Virus record (IMG/VR): IMGVR_UViG_3300046517_000866
Location: 11,593 to 75,592 of that record
Length of the DNA: 64,000 nt
From: a virus
Strand: one strand, 5' to 3'
Shown: positions 56,582 to 64,000 of the stretch, one piece after another
Layout: every line of letters begins with the position of its first letter
Numbering within the stretch: the first letter of the stretch is position 1
Made by a program: the position numbers and the translations under genes
The notes under the pieces: model-generated
Database searches by the model: none
What the model was told of the DNA's origin: nothing
What the model saw: only the letters and a program-made list of their open reading frames with translations

Positions 56582-57424
56582 TTATCCGAAAACGTAACCG
56601 TAGCTCTGTGCGGCGTTACCAGGAATGGCGAAGTTCAAGAAAATATCGTCTGGCTGCTGAAACATGATGAAAGGATCATTTCCTAAGCGAATTACTTCGC
56701 CATTCGTCAACGCACGGTTCCAACCACAGGACAAAGCAAAATTGCAGTTAGAAGCTTGGTCTTCAGAAAGAGTAGCCGCTCCGCCAATAATCAAGTAGAC
56801 TAACGTAGGATCGTTACCTCCGATAGAAACACTCAAGGCTGTAGTTTGTCCAGTCGTAACATCAATACCATCTCGCCATATAGAATGCACGCCAAGCACG
56901 CGACGAAAAATCCAGCAATGAACCTGACCATCCAATGAACCAGCAGCATCAGCACCGCCCTGAATAGACGACCCATTATACTCAAGCATTGTCATGTTAC
57001 CAGCAACTACACCGCCAGTTGCATAAGATAAATTCCCCATCATGGTAAGGTTTGAACTGGCTCCATAGTCTGCATGACCTTGATGCCAAAGACGTGTATA
57101 CGCCCCACCCGATGCAGGGTTACCCAACATCATGACAGTGAAGTCGCCTGTAAAGGTTCCATCGGACGTGTAGAGATAGGGAACATAAGGAGTTGCATAA
57201 CCAATAACCGTAGTCTTAGAACTACTAAACTTCTGCCCTATAATCTTTCTTCCTCGAAAAGTTATTGGCTGCAGGTTCATAACAGGTGGGTTGGGCGTAT
57301 TGGAGCCACTGATGCCAGCACGGCTATAGTTAGTGCCAGCCCCATACCTGTAACTTGCAGGGGTAATGGCGTGAGCAAGTCCGTGCGTATACGGACCGGG
57401 TTGTAATTTGAAAGCGGGCAACAT
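56582..57424 (-). CDS. LamG/concanavalin-like virion protein
   Basis: [17 protein letters not shown] and WNRALT..EV..L...PF motifs. Confidence 0.6.
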   Translation of the reverse strand: MLPAFKLQPGPYTHGLAHAITPASYRYGAGTNYSRAGISGSNTPNPPVMNLQPITFRGRKIIGQKFSSSKTTVIGYATPYVPYLYTSDGTFTGDFTVMMLGNPASGGAYTRLWHQGHADYGASSNLTMMGNLSYATGGVVAGNMTMLEYNGSSIQGGADAAGSLDGQVHCWIFRRVLGVHSIWRDGIDVTTGQTTALSVSIGGNDPTLVYLIIGGAATLSEDQASNCNFALSCGWNRALTNGEVIRLGNDPFIMFQQPDDIFLNFAIPGNAAQSYGYVFG

Positions 57425-57437
57425 CTAGTAACCCTCT

Positions 57438-57941
57438 TTATACGAACTGATACTGAATTGGGCATCGCGAGAAAATGTTTCCGCTAGATGCCAACGAGGC
57501 ACCTGACCCATTGATGAACACAGGACCCCACTTCTTCGGCATTGTGCCGCCGAATATCTGCTTAACTCTCGCCGATCCAGACCACACCCTGTTGGCGCTC
57601 GCATCAAAAATGATTGAGTCAACAAATTTCAATGCGCTGGCCTTAACACTCACAGACGTAAAAGTAACTGTTCCCTCAGAACCCGTGATAGTGTCGGGGT
57701 ATGTGGGTCCATCATCCAAAATTTCGTAACACCAAATCTCGCCAGTATTATTCACAGTCGGCGTACTACCCGATTTGATCTGCCATGATAAAATCTGGTC
57801 CATTGCGAGGTCTGCCGTGTTGTCCACAACAGCCCCCATCCAGCCTGCAACCAACGTTGAACTATTGGCGAGCGACTGCAGGTTCGTCACAGTGAACGCA
57901 GAAAATACTGCATATGACGGCTTCAGAATAGTCGTAGTCAT
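57438..57941 (-). CDS. Virion structural protein (fibre-associated)
   Basis: Beta-rich; lies between the collagen and LamG genes. Confidence 0.5.
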   Translation of the reverse strand: MTTTILKPSYAVFSAFTVTNLQSLANSSTLVAGWMGAVVDNTADLAMDQILSWQIKSGSTPTVNNTGEIWCYEILDDGPTYPDTITGSEGTVTFTSVSVKASALKFVDSIIFDASANRVWSGSARVKQIFGGTMPKKWGPVFINGSGASLASSGNIFSRCPIQYQFV

Positions 57942-57959
57942 GAGCCTTTACCTTTCCGT

Positions 57960-60514
<2,555 letters not shown>

Positions 60515-60518
<4 letters not shown>

Positions 60519-62044
60519 TGCGTGTTATCTCCGAAATTACCACCAGGCTTATTTGGCGGCTGATTGTTCGGGGGCTGTTGTGCTGGATTGTTCGGATCGG
60601 GCTTGATCACGGCACCAGGACCAACGGGAAGCGGGTTGTCTATGACTTCTTTTTCGATGAGTGCTTGTTCTTCCTCGAATGTCCGCTCGGTCGATGCGAT
60701 CTCGCCACGCTGGAAGTTCTCGTACAGCGTTTCCTTGGAAATGCCACCACCCTGCCAAACCTGCATGAGGAACGTTGCATCTTGCGGTGTCATCACGCTG
60801 TCAACGAACTTCAGGTTCGGCTTGACTGTAATTTCCAATGGGTCTTGTCCGACAAACATTGCCGCGTAACGCAATGCCTTTTCGAGCGCGGCGGCAGATG
60901 CCTGTGAAATCGTAGTTAATGTTGTCGTCTGAGCACTGGCACGCAAACGTAAGGCCTCACCCGACTCCCGTTGCCCACCCTGATCGAACAAGCGCAACCC
61001 CTCGCGAACTGCATTCGCACGTTCATCCTGGATTGCCACCCTATGTGCGTTGATACCCACACCTTGTGGACCGACGTACTTTGCATCAGAGTCAGGAGGT
61101 AACCCAACAACTACGCCAGCACCAACTGCATTCGGAAGGTCATCAGTCAACCCCATAATGAAGAGTGTCTCTTGCCCTGACATGTGCAGCTGATGGCGAT
61201 AGTCAGCGTCTAAGCGAAAGATTGCCAGACATGCACGACCTACGCCAAACAGTGGGGGTTCCTCGGGTGCCAAGCGCAAGTCACGGGGACCGACGACAAC
61301 AAGCGGAATTTCCTGAAACGTTTTGCCACCCAACATCTGCGGTGTGAACTTGTTAACGGCTTCCGTGTTGTCATAAACTTCTGCCGTGTAAGTATTTCCC
61401 TCGAGTCGTAGTACACGATAGTGCTCACGCCGTGTCCACACAAACTCAGACTCAATGCGTTCCTCGCGTGTCTCGTCAAAAACGAACAAGTCCTTTTCGA
61501 TCTCCGCCCAATTAATCAGGCGCTCCGCCGTGTACCCTGCAAAGTAGGGCAATGCTGCTGGCTTCGTGATTGAGCCGTCGCCCGATGGAACATCAACCAG
61601 AATTGAGAAACGCCCCTGCATCAGTAGTTCAGTTGTGATCCGTGTATGGAATGCCTCGAGTGTCAATCCATCGAGGCTACAGTTTTCGAACATGAAGGCA
61701 AGTGGCTTGCCATCCTCCAACCCTGTGATCTCGGCGGCAGTTCGATGGACCAAGCCAACCATGCCTGACAATGTGGGTGCAAAGATATCCGGGAACTGAG
61801 CGCGATTGGCGTAAGCCATATACAGCGCTGAACCCTTGTCATAGTTAACACCAGCGGCCAGGTTCCAGTTGCCAGTTCCAGTCCCAAGGTTGACGAAAGC
61901 ACCCTGTGCCGCAAACCCGGAAGGCATCGGCAAATACTGCAGAATGTACTTCTTGACCTCACGCTCGCCATGGGCAATGCGGCGCATAGTTTGCCAATCC
62001 TCGAAATGTATCTCGTAATCGGGATGGCGACTATTGACAGACAT
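60515..62044 (-). CDS. Portal protein (DUF4055-type)
   Basis: HPDY....DW...R...G...VK.....YLP, AY..RA.F, EIPLV..G, ESGEAL..R and IS.ET....QRG motifs. Confidence 0.88.
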
Positions 62045-62057
62045 GGAAGCCTTTTCC

Positions 62058-62378
62058 TTATACTAGATGAACATGACCCAGACCATTGATCCGACACGCA
62101 CGTGCCAATCCCGGTGACAAATCGAAACTGCGTCCTGTCCATGCTGCGGGACCACGATCCACAACCCTTGCAGTAACTACGCGCCCATTGCATGCCACTT
62201 TATGAACTGAACCAAGTGGAAGTGTCCTATGGGCGAAAACCATGGACCCGCAATTCATCCCACCAGTTGCCGTTACACGATCACAAAACACTGATGCATT
62301 GTGACCAGTAGTCTGTCGGGCCTCTGCTGTCTGGAAAGAGGCAAGCACGAAAAGCAAACTGATAGCAGCATAGTTCAT
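62058..62378 (-). CDS. RlpA-like double-psi beta-barrel (lytic transglycosylase-like) exported protein
   Basis: Signal peptide; TATG...FAHRTLPLGS...NGR.V..RV.DRGP....R.FDLS. Confidence 0.82.
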   Translation of the reverse strand: MNYAAISLLFVLASFQTAEARQTTGHNASVFCDRVTATGGMNCGSMVFAHRTLPLGSVHKVACNGRVVTARVVDRGPAAWTGRSFDLSPGLARACRINGLGHVHLV

Positions 62379-62590
62379 TGCAAACTCCTCCTAACGTCTC
62401 GACACACAACGTCAATCTCATGACACTGGACGTCAATACGGGCCAAAGCGCTGTCAATAGTAAGAATGGCCTTTACTTGTGTCTGATGAAACTCAACAGC
62501 AAGCCTGTATATCTGGACGACGACTATTGCAATTGCGCAAAGCGCGACAAGCGATAGTCCCATGAACACAAGGGTCAAAAAGTCCATCAT
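62375..62590 (-). CDS. Small membrane protein
   Basis: N-terminal TM helix; coupled ORF. Confidence 0.5.
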   Translation of the reverse strand: MMDFLTLVFMGLSLVALCAIAIVVVQIYRLAVEFHQTQVKAILTIDSALARIDVQCHEIDVVCRDVRRSLQ

Positions 62591-62955
62591 GGCTGATGAC
62601 TCCTTGCTTGTGCTGACTTGATCGTCAGAATGTGTTGAGTATTCGCGTCAATACGCGCTAACGTAGTATCAATTGTCTTGAAACGAACTTCGTCCTGCCC
62701 CGTATGAACTGCCAACTCTTGCTTTGTCTGAAAAATGTGGTTCGTCAACTCTTCCTTGACTTTGACTTGCTGTGCAATTAGTTCTTCTTTGAGTTTCTGC
62801 TGCCCCCGTGATAACTCTTCCTTCACTGCCATTTGCTCTAATCGAATTGAAAGAACTACATTTCGTACTTTCATACCGAACCAGGCAACGACGCCCGTGG
62901 CAACTAATGAAAGAACCTCTAGTCCTATTTTTACGGTGTCCAGGTCAGCGCCCAT
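62587..62955 (-). CDS. Membrane-anchored coiled-coil protein
   Basis: One TM helix followed by repeated Q.K.KEEL heptads. Confidence 0.5.
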   Translation of the reverse strand: MGADLDTVKIGLEVLSLVATGVVAWFGMKVRNVVLSIRLEQMAVKEELSRGQQKLKEELIAQQVKVKEELTNHIFQTKQELAVHTGQDEVRFKTIDTTLARIDANTQHILTIKSAQARSHQP

Positions 62956-63092
62956 TGCGAGTTCCCCTCATGTTGACAACAGCGATCAGGCTGGAACATG
63001 CAGGTGACCTCGTCACCCAAAGACAAATCCTACCATAACAGTAGGAACGTGTCTTGTCGACCTATAAGCTACCGTTAACTTAGGGGTTTCGC

Positions 63093-63200
63093 CAGGCCCT
63101 CATTAGAGCCCCAAGGGGTGGGGTGGAACGGGAGCGCTATGTGTGTAGCGCCCCCATCCACAAAAGCTATGGAGCGCCAAATATCGCAGGATTTTTGCCT
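63093..63200. repeat. Dispersed ~100-bp dyad element, copy 5
   Basis: Core GGAGCGCTA-tgtgtg-TAGCGCCCC at 63131-63154; right flank AGCGCCAAATATCGCAGGA is the exact reverse complement of the copy 2 left flank. Confidence 0.88.
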
Positions 63201-64000
63201 ACCCCATGTCGCACCCTTTTTTCAGGCGAGGACATGCTGGTGTGACAGTTATTTGTCAGTTATCCGATCCAAATGCTTGATCTGGCATTCTAGTATAAGT
63301 TCAATCTTTTCCAATGTGCGAGCCACTCGCCAGCAAATTAGACAGAGGGTTATCAAGGCTATCAGTATTGCTGCTAAAGTTGAGTCCATATGTGATCAAT
63401 CCCCTAGTGCTTTCATCGACTCAGCCATTGCAGGAGTGCGATGAACCAGACCATAACAAATCTCTTCGGCACGGGCAGCCGCTGCCTCCCTTTGCAACAG
63501 TCTGACACGCTCGACGTGTAGTACAGCAATCCCGTAATCCAACGTACTTTGGACTACTTTTTCTTGAAAGCAAGGCATGGTATCCTCCGTGGATTGACAT
63601 GAAAGAACAAGTACTCAATTTCATTCGCCAAACCGTAAAAGTGCAAATGAAAGCGATCACGCTCTAGATGGATTTTGTCTCGGATCAAGCCCACACAATC
63701 AGGACAACCGGAAGAACTCGCCTTTTGACACCTGAAGACAACAAAAGACTTGTCGTGAACTGCACACCATAGCAAGTTCCGCTGACTCACGCTGGGGGTG
63801 CCTCAATCGTTTATCTTGACTGTGATCCAGTCATTAGAGTAGTCAAAGATCACCTGCTTGCCATCCTTGATTGCCTCCCCGACAATTTCCATGAGTTTAG
63901 TATAACGCTTTCCCTGACCCTTGGGTCGTTTCCAAAACATAGGTGTGTCATAACGAACTGTAGCCCTGAAATTCTTGGGAGCAGTCATTTCATCATCCAT

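Overview
The window is 64 kb of a large tailed dsDNA phage, probably a siphovirus. An alphaproteobacterial-type host is a weak inference from gene types. Two convergent arms meet at about 23.2 kb. The + arm (1-23.2 kb) holds replication, recombination and DNA-modification genes: primase, a sigma-like factor, a 7-deazaguanine cluster (queD, queC, folE and a TGT/DpdA-like gene, with a class-III aminotransferase and a HUMPS/OMPDC-like barrel inserted), beta clamp, UDG-fused family A polymerase, clamp loader, MazG, SSB, RecA, resolvase and SbcCD. The - arm (23.2-64 kb) holds the virion and lysis genes: portal, three Gly-X-Thr collagen-like fibre proteins, a MuF-papain-ADP-ribosyltransferase fusion flanked by two more ARTs, dCTP deaminase, glycosyl- and methyltransferases, tRNA-Thr(UGU), scaffold, capsid, tail, GH19 endolysin and holin. 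The three most notable observations are: (1) a ~100-bp dyad-symmetric intergenic element present five times at near-regular 13.1-14.4 kb spacing, independent of gene function or transcription direction; (2) a deazaguanine DNA-modification cluster with two extra enzymes and no QueE/QueF in view, suggesting a new base; (3) a possible virion-glycosylation toolkit tied to the Thr-rich collagen fibres. All calls come from motif recognition by eye; no searches were run.
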